From positions 18,761 to 82,760 of the forward strand of contig CAYQZB010000005.1 in the NCBI GenBank assembly GCA_964421915.1: a stretch of 64,000 nt of DNA, given 5' to 3'. A program made the position numbers and the translations under genes. This document shows positions 9,891 to 17,991 of the stretch, piece by piece (positions within the stretch are counted from its first letter, which is position 1; each line of letters opens with the position of its first letter). The notes beneath the pieces are model-generated. The model did no database searches, was not told the origin of the DNA, and worked only from the letters and a program-made list of their open reading frames with translations. Source of the stretch: an uncultured Lachnospiraceae bacterium. GTDB taxonomy: Bacteria; Bacillota; Clostridia; Lachnospirales; Lachnospiraceae.

Positions 9891-10802
9891 ATGAATGAGA
9901 AGAAAAGAAAAATCATGCGGATAAAAAAAATAATGCAATTAAAAGATTTTATGCGAATAAAGAATCAGGGATATCCGGGCAGTTTAACGCTGGAAGCGGC
10001 AATCCTGCTTCCTCTGTTTCTTTTCTTTATGATGACAATGCTTTCGCTTATGGATATGCTGTATTTTTATGGAACAGTTGAGCAGAGGCTTCATCAGATA
10101 GGAAAAAAGATGGCGATCTATGCGCCGGCGGCGGAGCTTGTTACTGAGTGTCTCACAGGAGAAACGGAAGATAGTAATGGTGAAGTCAATAGTAGGGAAA
10201 TCGGCACAATTGCAGCGGATATACTGGGAGAGCAGTATGTAAAAAACAATCTGATCAGCGGGATAATACAGCAGGAGCTGCGTACTTCGGGAGTGGTCGG
10301 CGGAAGCGGAGGATTAAATCTTTTGTATTCCAAGATCATGAGGGAAGGGGATGTAATCGATCTTGTTGTTTCTTATGAAATAGAACCGCGGAATAATTTT
10401 TTCTTTGTTCCCGCCTATCCGGTCCTAAACCGATGCAGAGTGCGGGCATGGACGGGATATGCGGTTGCGGCGGATGCAGTTAATGATGCCGGGGAAAGGA
10501 TAGTCTATATTACGGAGACGGGAACTGTTTTTCATCTGACAAAAACATGCACGTATCTTGCTCTAAGTATTCAGCCGGTTACAAGCGCAGAACTTGATCA
10601 GCGCCGGAATCAAAGCGGCGGGATCTATGGAAAATGCGAGCTTTGCGGCGACGGAGAGGCGGACATCTATTTTATCACCAATTACGGCGATTGTTATCAT
10701 ACCTCTTTAGGCTGCAGCGGATTAAAAAGAACAATCATGCAGATCCCTATTTCGCAGGTAGGAGATAAGCATGTATGTTCAAGGTGCGGAACAAATTATT
10801 AA
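9891..10802 (+). CDS. TadE-like pseudopilin with a C-terminal duplicated Cys-rich module
   Basis: N-terminal 'GSLTLEAAILLPLFLFFMM' (TadE-like). The C-terminus carries two copies of the pattern Y-x-T-x-x-G-x-x-(F/Y)H-x4-C-x2-L ... C-x2-CG. The exact start among several ATGs is uncertain. Confidence 0.65.
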   Translation: MNEKKRKIMRIKKIMQLKDFMRIKNQGYPGSLTLEAAILLPLFLFFMMTMLSLMDMLYFYGTVEQRLHQIGKKMAIYAPAAELVTECLTGETEDSNGEVNSREIGTIAADILGEQYVKNNLISGIIQQELRTSGVVGGSGGLNLLYSKIMREGDVIDLVVSYEIEPRNNFFFVPAYPVLNRCRVRAWTGYAVAADAVNDAGERIVYITETGTVFHLTKTCTYLALSIQPVTSAELDQRRNQSGGIYGKCELCGDGEADIYFITNYGDCYHTSLGCSGLKRTIMQIPISQVGDKHVCSRCGTNY

Positions 10803-10861
10803 ACGGAAAAAGCGAGGTTTTTATATTTATTTGAGCCGTCAAAGGCGGCAGGAGGATCAAT

Positions 10862-11290
10862 ATGGCGTTTCAGGAGATTGGCGCGGTTGTGATGCTGACG
10901 GTAGGAAGCATATGGGATATACGGTGGAAAAGGGTTCCGGCAGGACTGCTGATAATAAATGTGCTGTCGGGAGTGATCTTAATTGCGGCAAACAGGGAGA
11001 TCGATTGGCGGCGGGATTGGTATTTATATGCCGTGGGTATTTTGATCGGCATAATCCTTCTTTTGACAGGACGGTTTTGCGGGGGCTGTATCGGAGCGGC
11101 GGATGGCATCATGACTGCTGTTATCGGCGGGATGATAGGATACCAAAAAACACTGTTATTATTGATGAATGCGATGCTGGCGGCGGCAGCTTTTTCAATC
11201 CTGTTGATCGCTGTTAAAAAAGCGGGACGGAGAACAGCCATTCCGTTCCTTCCATTTATGCTGCTGGGTTATATTGTCATAATAGTGTGA
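10862..11290 (+). CDS. Second prepilin peptidase (A24 family, short form)
   Basis: 'DIRWKRVPAG' and 'GAADGIM' motif regions. 142 aa, all TM helices. Confidence 0.75.
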   Translation: MAFQEIGAVVMLTVGSIWDIRWKRVPAGLLIINVLSGVILIAANREIDWRRDWYLYAVGILIGIILLLTGRFCGGCIGAADGIMTAVIGGMIGYQKTLLLLMNAMLAAAAFSILLIAVKKAGRRTAIPFLPFMLLGYIVIIV

Positions 11291-11379
11291 AAAATATATC
11301 TAAGGCAGATTTGTCTGCTTTTTAGCGGCGGTTTTTCAATCCTATTTGAGTCGCAGGTTATGGAAAGGCATGGTTATTA

Positions 11380-11493
11380 GGTTGAAAAATCACACTGATG
11401 TGCTGATTTTTCAACCTGATCGCAGATGAGAAACCGCCTGCGCGGATTTCTCATCGCGTGTCGTCGCAGTAAAACTGCTCTGACATGGGGGAT
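11380..11493 (+). repeat. Modular hairpin repeat/leader, copy 1 (hairpins H1, H3, H4 plus RBS; H2 absent)
   Basis: H1 at 11380-11416 is a perfect 13-bp stem (GGTTGAAAAATCA/TGATTTTTCAACC). H3 is at 11421-11458 (GATGAGAAACCGC..GCGGATTTCTCATC). H4 is at 11459-11485. GGGGGA then precedes the GTG at 11498. The core matches copies at 13541 and 62566. Confidence 0.8.
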
Positions 11494-11497
11494 TAGT

Positions 11498-12022
11498 GTG
11501 AGAAAAAGAATCAAAATCTGTCTGAAAAAAGATAACAGAGGCGTGATGACGATAGAAGCCTGTATTTTGATTCCGATCATCATCATGCTCAGTCTGCTGG
11601 TGATCTGGCTGGGTTTCTTTTTATATGATAAAACGCTTTTGATGGAGTGTGCCGGTATCGCGGCAGTTAAGGGGAGCCAGATGGCGGAGGCGGACAATGA
11701 GACAATTGCGGGCACGGTCGCAGCCAGAGCAGAGGAGCTGCTGGCGCAGAAAACGGTTGCTATGGAGATCCGGGATATCATCGTAAGTGTGGATCATGGA
11801 GCGATCACGGTAAAAATTACAGGCATTATGCAGGTTCCGCAAGCAATTTTTCTTATGGATATCTATCAGGATGATATATGGGAGATCCATGTGGAACAGA
11901 CTGCGGAAAGGCTCAGAAGCTGCAGTATCTTAAGAACCATAGAAAGAGTGCGAAAAGCACGCAGCAACAGCGCAGAACAGCAAAGCAACAGCGCGCAGCA
12001 AGCCGGAACAGCGGAGCAATAG
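11498..12022 (+). CDS. TadE-like pseudopilin
   Basis: 'GVMTIEACILIPIIIMLSLLVIW' TadE-type N-terminus. A GTG at 11498 follows the GGGGGA RBS. The ORF-track start at 11426 lies inside the repeat element. Confidence 0.7.
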   Translation: MRKRIKICLKKDNRGVMTIEACILIPIIIMLSLLVIWLGFFLYDKTLLMECAGIAAVKGSQMAEADNETIAGTVAARAEELLAQKTVAMEIRDIIVSVDHGAITVKITGIMQVPQAIFLMDIYQDDIWEIHVEQTAERLRSCSILRTIERVRKARSNSAEQQSNSAQQAGTAEQ

Positions 12023-12070
12023 TACGCAGCAACAGCGCAAAATAAGCAGGCGAAAAAGGAGAAACAGGAT

Positions 12071-13243
12071 ATGCAGGAAATCAATCAATTTATTGCAAAA
12101 ATAGAATATCAGAAAAGCCTGAACCAGAATTATCTGGTATATAAAAACGAGCAGGGAGCGGAAGATTATGAGCTTCGTATGCTGACGGAAAATCATATAG
12201 AATATTTGCTGCCGCTTGAACTGAGATCGATTGACGGCAGAGATGATATGTATTATCAAATAGGATCGTTGCAGCCTCTTAGCAAATTGTACAAGAGTAG
12301 GGAAATGAAGCTGGAGGATGTAAGAATTATTTTAATTGGATTAACGGGAGCAATCGCAGCAATACAGGAATATATGCTGGATGAAAGACATGTTGTGTTG
12401 CTGCCGGAGTATATTTTTATACATAGGGAAAGCAGGGAGATTCGTCTGCTTTTCCATCCGTTTTATGAGGTAGATATCAGAGAGGGAATAAGGGAATTTG
12501 CAGATTATATGATTGGCAGGATCGACCATACGGAACAGCAGGCAGTGATGATGGGTTATCAGTTTTACCGTATTGTCAGGGAGGATAATTTTATTATAGA
12601 GGATATTGTTAAACTATACCAAAAGGAGCAGCCGGCTGCAATAGCTAAAGACATTGAATATGCGCAGGAAAATGATTTTGAAATCAATGAATATGCATTA
12701 AAAGACAGCTCAGAAAACACAGCATCTGATATGTTGAAAAACACATCAAACAATACATGGCAGAATAGATTTGCAAAAACAAGCAGAACTTCATTAAAAA
12801 ATACGGACAGTTCAGAAGAAGGATATATAAAAAAAGATAAATATAGAATAAATGAGAAAGGCGCGGAAGAAATCAATGAAAATGCGGAAGCAAGCCTGAA
12901 GAAATTGCTTGTTTGCAGCGTTTTGGCATTAGCAAGCGGGTTTTTTCTGTGTTTTGGGATCGGTCATTATCAGCCGGATCGGATGGCAAAAGTCATGCTT
13001 GCATTGATCATGCTGATTTCAGTATTGGGAATCATCAAAGAAATCATGCATCATATCCGGAATCGGAAAGGAAAGAGTTCTGAGAAAAATAATTATGATG
13101 AAATTTTTTCCAACAGCGCAGATCTTTCCGATCAGAAAAAAGCTGATTTGAATAATTCCTATCAAAACAGGGATGATGCTGATAATATCTTTCAAGAGGA
13201 AATCAATGGGGGGACTGTGCCCCTTTCTGCAGATGGAAAATAG
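12071..13243 (+). CDS. Tad-locus-associated membrane protein (N-terminal domain resembling DUF6382-type proteins, central TM region)
   Basis: The N-terminus 'IEYQKSLNQNYLVYK...ELRMLTENHIEYLLPLELRSIDGRDDMYYQIGSLQPLSKLY' is a pattern I associate with proteins encoded next to clostridial Tad loci. Family assignment is from memory only. Confidence 0.45.
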   Translation: MQEINQFIAKIEYQKSLNQNYLVYKNEQGAEDYELRMLTENHIEYLLPLELRSIDGRDDMYYQIGSLQPLSKLYKSREMKLEDVRIILIGLTGAIAAIQEYMLDERHVVLLPEYIFIHRESREIRLLFHPFYEVDIREGIREFADYMIGRIDHTEQQAVMMGYQFYRIVREDNFIIEDIVKLYQKEQPAAIAKDIEYAQENDFEINEYALKDSSENTASDMLKNTSNNTWQNRFAKTSRTSLKNTDSSEEGYIKKDKYRINEKGAEEINENAEASLKKLLVCSVLALASGFFLCFGIGHYQPDRMAKVMLALIMLISVLGIIKEIMHHIRNRKGKSSEKNNYDEIFSNSADLSDQKKADLNNSYQNRDDADNIFQEEINGGTVPLSADGK

Positions 13244-13488
13244 CGGAAAATATATTAATAAAACCTATGTTAGTGGCGTTCTTTTGGATAAAGAAGAAAA
13301 ATGCCGATCGACGCAGATGATGGGATCAGAATTGGAAGAATTAGCCTGTTTAATCAGTAAATAAAAAAGAATGGAATTGAAAGTGATAAAAATTATGATA
13401 CAATAATGAGTAATAAGAAAGATTTGAAAGATCATATCAATGTGAAAAGTTTTTTATTACTATTTGTGTCGCTCCGGAATGGGGATAG

Positions 13489-13620
13489 ATTGAAAAATAA
13501 GATTTTTTAATCGGCAATTTGAGTCAGAGCCTCAATTGCTTTGATCGCAGATGAGAAACCGCCTGTGCGGATTTTTCATCGCGTGTCATCGCAGTAAAAC
13601 TGCTCTTGCATGGGGGATTT
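13489..13620 (+). repeat. Modular hairpin repeat/leader, copy 2 (degraded H1, then H2, H3, H4 plus RBS)
   Basis: Near-identical to copy 3 from 'AGATTGAAAAATAAGATT' onward, except for a ~10-nt deletion in H1. Ends in GGGGGA before the ATG at 13623. Confidence 0.8.
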
Positions 13621-13622
13621 TT

Positions 13623-15077
13623 ATGAAAAATGAGAAAGAGATCGAAAAAGAAACAGAGCAGCCAAAAGAAAGCAGCGATTATGAGTTTATCAAGGAACAG
13701 ATAAAGGATCGGCCGATTAATAAAAAGAAGCTGGTTCGTAAGATGTTTTTTACGGCCGGCATGGCTGTTATGTTCAGTCTGATCGCGTGTATTTCCTTCC
13801 TTTTGCTGGAGCCTGCTCTGGAAGATATCTTTATTCCTGAGGAATCAATAGAATTGAATCAGGTAACGCTGCCGGAAGCTCCGGAGGAGGATGAGGAACC
13901 TGTGAATATCGGTCCCATCATAGTGGAGACGCCGTTAGAAGATATGAGTCTGACGGATGAGGATATAGATGCATTAGGAGAGCAGGATCAGGGAGCGGAA
14001 GACGGTGCATCCGGCGATACGCAGGGCGATGTGCCTTCAGACGGACAAGGTACGGCTACCGAGTCGGAAAACAGCGTACCGGCTCCTGTACCGCAGGAAA
14101 TCGAGCTTTCGGATTATCAGTTATTGTATCGTAAGCTTTATGCTCTCTCTGCAGAAGTATCTAAAAGCATTGTAACGGTTACAGGGATCACTTCAGACGT
14201 AGACTGGATGAACGAAACCTATCTCAGCACAAAGCAGACAACCGGGCTGATTATTGCGGATAATGGATACGAGCTTTTGATTCTGGCTGATTATAAAAAT
14301 ATTGAAAATGCGGAAAGCGTCAGGATAACATTTGTTGACGGCACCAGCGCGGAAGCTTCTTTTAAGCAGTTGGATGCGAATACGGGATTATCTGTTTTTG
14401 CGGTCAATCTTTCTGATATCAAAACAGAGACGAAAGAAACCATCACAGCGGCAACACTTGGAAGCTCTTATTCCACGATGCTTTTGGGCAATGCCGTGAT
14501 TGCTGTTGGGAATCCTTTGGGCAGTGGAAGATCTGTATGCTATGGCGCTATTACATCTATGGATCGGACGGTCAGCCTGATGGATGCCAATTATCAGTTG
14601 TTGACGACGGATATCTATGGCAGCAGGAATGCGAATGGCGTATTGATCAATATAAAGGGTCAGGTGGTTGGATTTATTACACAGGATTATAACAGTGAGG
14701 ATATGCAGAATCTGATCTATGCTTATGGAATCAGCAGTATCCGGCAGCTGGTGCAGAATCTGTCAAATGGTGATGAAAAGGTTCATCTTGGACTATATCT
14801 TTCTGAAGTGCCGCAGGAGGCGATCGAGGAGGCGGGACTTCCCAGCGGCGTATATATAACGGATGTGGAGATCAATACGCCGGCGATGAATTATGGGCTT
14901 GCCAAAGGCGATGTGATTACAATGATTGGAGATAAACAGATCACTTCCGTCAATCTATATATGCAGGCTGTTTCGGAGCTGAATCCGGGAGATGCTATCA
15001 CAATAACTTATGCAAGACTTAGTAACGGGATATATAAATCCATGGAAGTTGATATTGAAATTAACGACGGAGTATAA
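13623..15077 (+). CDS. Membrane-anchored HtrA/DegP-like trypsin-fold plus PDZ protein, apparently lacking the catalytic triad
   Basis: 'GNPLGSGRSVCYGAITS' and a PDZ-like 'GVYITDVEINTPAMNYGLAKGDVITMIGDKQI'. 'RNANG' replaces GNSGG, there is no His in the 'TNxHV' block ('LILADYKNI'), and 'GLS' replaces 'DLA'. Confidence 0.7.
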   Translation: MKNEKEIEKETEQPKESSDYEFIKEQIKDRPINKKKLVRKMFFTAGMAVMFSLIACISFLLLEPALEDIFIPEESIELNQVTLPEAPEEDEEPVNIGPIIVETPLEDMSLTDEDIDALGEQDQGAEDGASGDTQGDVPSDGQGTATESENSVPAPVPQEIELSDYQLLYRKLYALSAEVSKSIVTVTGITSDVDWMNETYLSTKQTTGLIIADNGYELLILADYKNIENAESVRITFVDGTSAEASFKQLDANTGLSVFAVNLSDIKTETKETITAATLGSSYSTMLLGNAVIAVGNPLGSGRSVCYGAITSMDRTVSLMDANYQLLTTDIYGSRNANGVLINIKGQVVGFITQDYNSEDMQNLIYAYGISSIRQLVQNLSNGDEKVHLGLYLSEVPQEAIEEAGLPSGVYITDVEINTPAMNYGLAKGDVITMIGDKQITSVNLYMQAVSELNPGDAITITYARLSNGIYKSMEVDIEINDGV

Positions 15078-15182
15078 GAGATGAGTAAACGACGAGCAGC
15101 GCGTAAGGGAAATAAAGGGATCTGAGCGGCTTAAAGTAGAACAATATGTAAAAATCAAAAATAATTTTATGCGGAGGAGAGT

Positions 15183-16127
15183 ATGAAATTTATCAAGGAA
15201 TTGGCGGAAGGGAATAATATTCAGGGAGTATATCTTTGTAAAAGCAAATTATCTACAGAGACTAAAAATGGGAAACCCTATGACAGCCTGCTCTTACAGG
15301 ATAAGACAGGGACCTTGGATACTAAGGTCTGGGAACCCTATAGTCCGGGGATCGGTGAATATGCTGCCGGAGATTACATCGAAGTGGTAGGAGAGGTGAT
15401 CACCTTTAATGGCGCAAAGCAGGCAAAGCTTACAAGGATTCGTAAGTGTCAGGAGGGAGAGTACGATCCGGCAGATTATCTTCCCTGCACGGACAAAAAT
15501 ATTGGTGAAATGTATGAGCAGGTGTTGTCTTATATCAACTCCATGCAGAATGAATATCTGAAAAAGCTGCTGCAGTTGTTCTTTGTAGAGGATGAGGAGT
15601 TTATCAAGGTATTTAAAAATTCATCGGCTGCTAAAATGGTACATCATGGGTTTATCGGAGGACTTTTAGAGCATACGCTCAGCGTAACAAATCTTTGTAA
15701 TTATTTTGCCGGTGCATATCCCTTGATTAAAAGAGATCTTCTTCTTACGGCGGCCTTATGCCATGATATTGGAAAAACCAGGGAGATATCCGCGTTTCCG
15801 GAGAATGACTATACCGATGAGGGACAGCTTCTGGGGCATATTGTGGTAGGGGTCGAAATGGTTTCCGAAAAAATACGATTGATAGAAGGATTCCCGGTGA
15901 AGCTTGCGAATGAACTGAAGCACTGTATCGTCTCTCATCATGGCGAGCTGGAATACGGCTCCCCCAAGAAACCGGCGTTGATTGAAGCGATTGCGCTTAA
16001 TTTTGCGGATAATGCGGATGCCAAATTAGAGACGTTCACGGAAGCATTGAAAAATGCGGATTCACCTGACTGGCTGGGATATAACAAATTTTTGGAATCC
16101 AACGTAAGAAAGACTGGAAAGGTATAA
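15183..16127 (+). CDS. yhaM: 3'-5' exoribonuclease YhaM (OB-fold plus HD domain)
   Basis: N-terminal OB-fold region. HD motifs 'HHGFIGGLLEHT', 'CHDIGK' and 'SHHGELEYGSPK'. Confidence 0.85.
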   Translation: MKFIKELAEGNNIQGVYLCKSKLSTETKNGKPYDSLLLQDKTGTLDTKVWEPYSPGIGEYAAGDYIEVVGEVITFNGAKQAKLTRIRKCQEGEYDPADYLPCTDKNIGEMYEQVLSYINSMQNEYLKKLLQLFFVEDEEFIKVFKNSSAAKMVHHGFIGGLLEHTLSVTNLCNYFAGAYPLIKRDLLLTAALCHDIGKTREISAFPENDYTDEGQLLGHIVVGVEMVSEKIRLIEGFPVKLANELKHCIVSHHGELEYGSPKKPALIEAIALNFADNADAKLETFTEALKNADSPDWLGYNKFLESNVRKTGKV

Positions 16128-16244
16128 AGAAAAATTGATATTAAGGAAAATTATTATTAAGCGTAAATTAATAATAATAGAAAACTGATATTAAAAAAAT
16201 TGATAATAATAGAAAACCGATATTAAAAGAAAATTGATATTAAA
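16128..16244. repeat. AT-rich degenerate direct repeats (AGAAAAYYGATATTAA x4, including a ~31-bp tandem pair) between yhaM and rlmD
   Basis: Copies start at about 16128, 16180, 16211 and 16229. TGATAATAATAGAAAAC(C/T)GATATTAAAA occurs twice in tandem. Confidence 0.6.
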
Positions 16245-16269
16245 TGAAAATCAATACAAGGATATTGAT

Positions 16270-17973
16270 ATGTACCGGAAAAATGAAATATATAATGTGA
16301 CAATAACGGATCTTGGCGCAGAGGGTGAAGGAATCGGAAAAATCGACGGCTATCCTCTGTTTGTGAAAGACGCCCTTCCCGGAGATGTGGTTGAAGCCAG
16401 ACTGACAAAGGTAAAGAAATCATATGCATATGCCAGAATGGAAAAACTGCTGCAGCCGTCACCGGACAGGATTGAGGCTGCCTGTCCTTATGCAAGACAG
16501 TGCGGGGGCTGCCAGATTCAGACATTGGCTTACCGGAAGCAGTTGGAATATAAGAAACGAAAGGTATTCAACAATCTGATGCGTATTGGCGGCGTGCCTG
16601 AAAAATTGCTGAAAGAGATCATGGAGCCGATCATCGGAATGCAGCCTGAGGATTGGGAAGATACCGGAGTTGACCGGGATGTTTCCGGATGCAGTCATGA
16701 CGAGCGCTGTGGCAAGATAAACGAGGATGGTGTTTCGGCGGGAAATCATACGACACAGAAGTACGAAGTCCCTGTCAGGTATCGGAATAAAGCGCAGTAT
16801 CCATTTGGCATGGATAAGGAAGGCAGAACCGTCTGCGGATTTTATGCAGGGAGGACGCACAATATCATAGCGAATACAGACTGTCTTTTGGGAGCAAAGG
16901 AAAATGAAAGTATCTTAAAGGCAGTCTTATCTTATATGGAGGAATCCCATATAAAACCTTACTGTGAAACAACAGGGAAAGGTCTGATCCGTCATGTGCT
17001 GATCCGCAAAAGCCGGGTAACGGGTCAGATCATGGTGTGTATCGTCATCAACGGACAAGATCTGCCTAAAAAAGAAGAATTGATTCAGAAACTTATGAAG
17101 ATTCCCGGAATATATTCTATCTCAATCAGCCCAAATGAAAAAAATACAAACGTTATTTTAGGAGATACCTATAAGACGATATGGGGAGATTCTAAGATTG
17201 CTGATGAAATATGCCAGACGGCGTTTGTAATATCAAAAGATAAGGATAAAAATATTGATGATCCGTATCCGTCAACTTTACGGTCGGTAGAAACAAATGC
17301 TTCCGGTAACAGGGAATCGGGAAGATGGGAAAGAATTGCGGAGACCGGAATCAGATTTAAAATTTCTCCCTTGTCTTTCTATCAGGTCAATCCGGTTCAG
17401 ATGGAGCGGCTTTATTCCACTGCGTTGGAATACGCGGGACTGACCGGAAAGGAAACTGTATGGGATCTTTATTGCGGTATTGGGACGATTTCCCTATTTC
17501 TTGCAAAGAGTGCAAAACATGTCTATGGTGTGGAGATCGTGCCGCAAGCGATCGAGGATGCCAAGGAGAATGCCGCATGGAATCAGATCGACAATGTTAC
17601 GTTTTATGTGGGAAAAGCGGAAGAGATATTACCACGATTTTATGAGCAACAGGTAACAGGTATACATGCATCCAGAATGGAAGATGGCGGACAATCAGGC
17701 ACATCTGAGGAAAAAGAGAAGGAAACAGACTCTATGAGGCATCCTGACGTCATCGTAGTGGATCCTCCCCGGAAAGGCTGTGATGAAGGATGCCTTTCAA
17801 CGATGGTCATGATGAAACCAGAGAGGATCGTCTATGTAAGCTGCGATTCCGGGACTCTGGCGAGGGATGTAAAGTATCTGCGTGAGAATGGATACGAGTT
17901 AAAAAGGGTGAGGGCCTGCGATATGTTCCCAAATACGGGGCATGTGGAGACGGTTGTCTTGCTTTCCAAGTAA
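16270..17973 (+). CDS. rlmD: 23S rRNA (uracil-C5)-methyltransferase RlmD/RumA family (TRAM plus Fe-S plus SAM MTase)
   Basis: TRAM-like N-terminus. Cys cluster 'CPYARQCGGCQ'. 'DLYCGIGTISL', 'VDPPRKG' and a C-terminal 'DMFPNTGHVETVVLLSK'. Confidence 0.9.
   Translation: MYRKNEIYNVTITDLGAEGEGIGKIDGYPLFVKDALPGDVVEARLTKVKKSYAYARMEKLLQPSPDRIEAACPYARQCGGCQIQTLAYRKQLEYKKRKVFNNLMRIGGVPEKLLKEIMEPIIGMQPEDWEDTGVDRDVSGCSHDERCGKINEDGVSAGNHTTQKYEVPVRYRNKAQYPFGMDKEGRTVCGFYAGRTHNIIANTDCLLGAKENESILKAVLSYMEESHIKPYCETTGKGLIRHVLIRKSRVTGQIMVCIVINGQDLPKKEELIQKLMKIPGIYSISISPNEKNTNVILGDTYKTIWGDSKIADEICQTAFVISKDKDKNIDDPYPSTLRSVETNASGNRESGRWERIAETGIRFKISPLSFYQVNPVQMERLYSTALEYAGLTGKETVWDLYCGIGTISLFLAKSAKHVYGVEIVPQAIEDAKENAAWNQIDNVTFYVGKAEEILPRFYEQQVTGIHASRMEDGGQSGTSEEKEKETDSMRHPDVIVVDPPRKGCDEGCLSTMVMMKPERIVYVSCDSGTLARDVKYLRENGYELKRVRACDMFPNTGHVETVVLLSK
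17936..17954. repeat. Left copy of a 19-bp direct repeat (CGGGGCATGTGGAGACGGT) inside the rlmD 3' end; putative attL
   Basis: The identical 19-mer recurs at 29204-29222, with further partial identity (GTCTTG) just downstream. Confidence 0.75.
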
Positions 17974-17991
17974 GAGATCAACTCGAAGAAA

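Noticed and set aside
10771-11241. 148-aa plus-strand and 123-aa minus-strand ORFs overlapping the second prepilin peptidase gene
   Set aside because: They are alternative-frame or antisense to an ORF with A24 peptidase motifs and a TM pattern. Their arginine/glycine-rich translations look non-genic.
11426-11497. ORF-track N-terminal extension 'MRNRLRGFLIACRRSKTALTWGIS' of the TadE-like gene (and the parallel 13551-13622 extension of the HtrA-like gene), suggesting a shared leader or signal peptide
   Set aside because: The extension is encoded by the hairpin repeat itself and has no RBS before its ATG. In copy 3 (62574) the same ATG is out of frame with sulP and stops after 18 codons. Proper RBS-plus-start pairs exist at 11498 and 13623.
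13173-13364. 63-aa ORF after the 12071 gene as a frameshifted FHA-domain continuation
   Set aside because: The translation (..NSGKYINKTYVSGVLLDKEEKCRSTQMMGSELEE..) shows no FHA-like G-R...S-x-x-H pattern, so there is no support for a frameshifted extension.
16128-16244. Possible CRISPR array
   Set aside because: The repeats are ~16 nt, degenerate and directly abutting, without unique spacers of regular length. There are no cas genes in the window.
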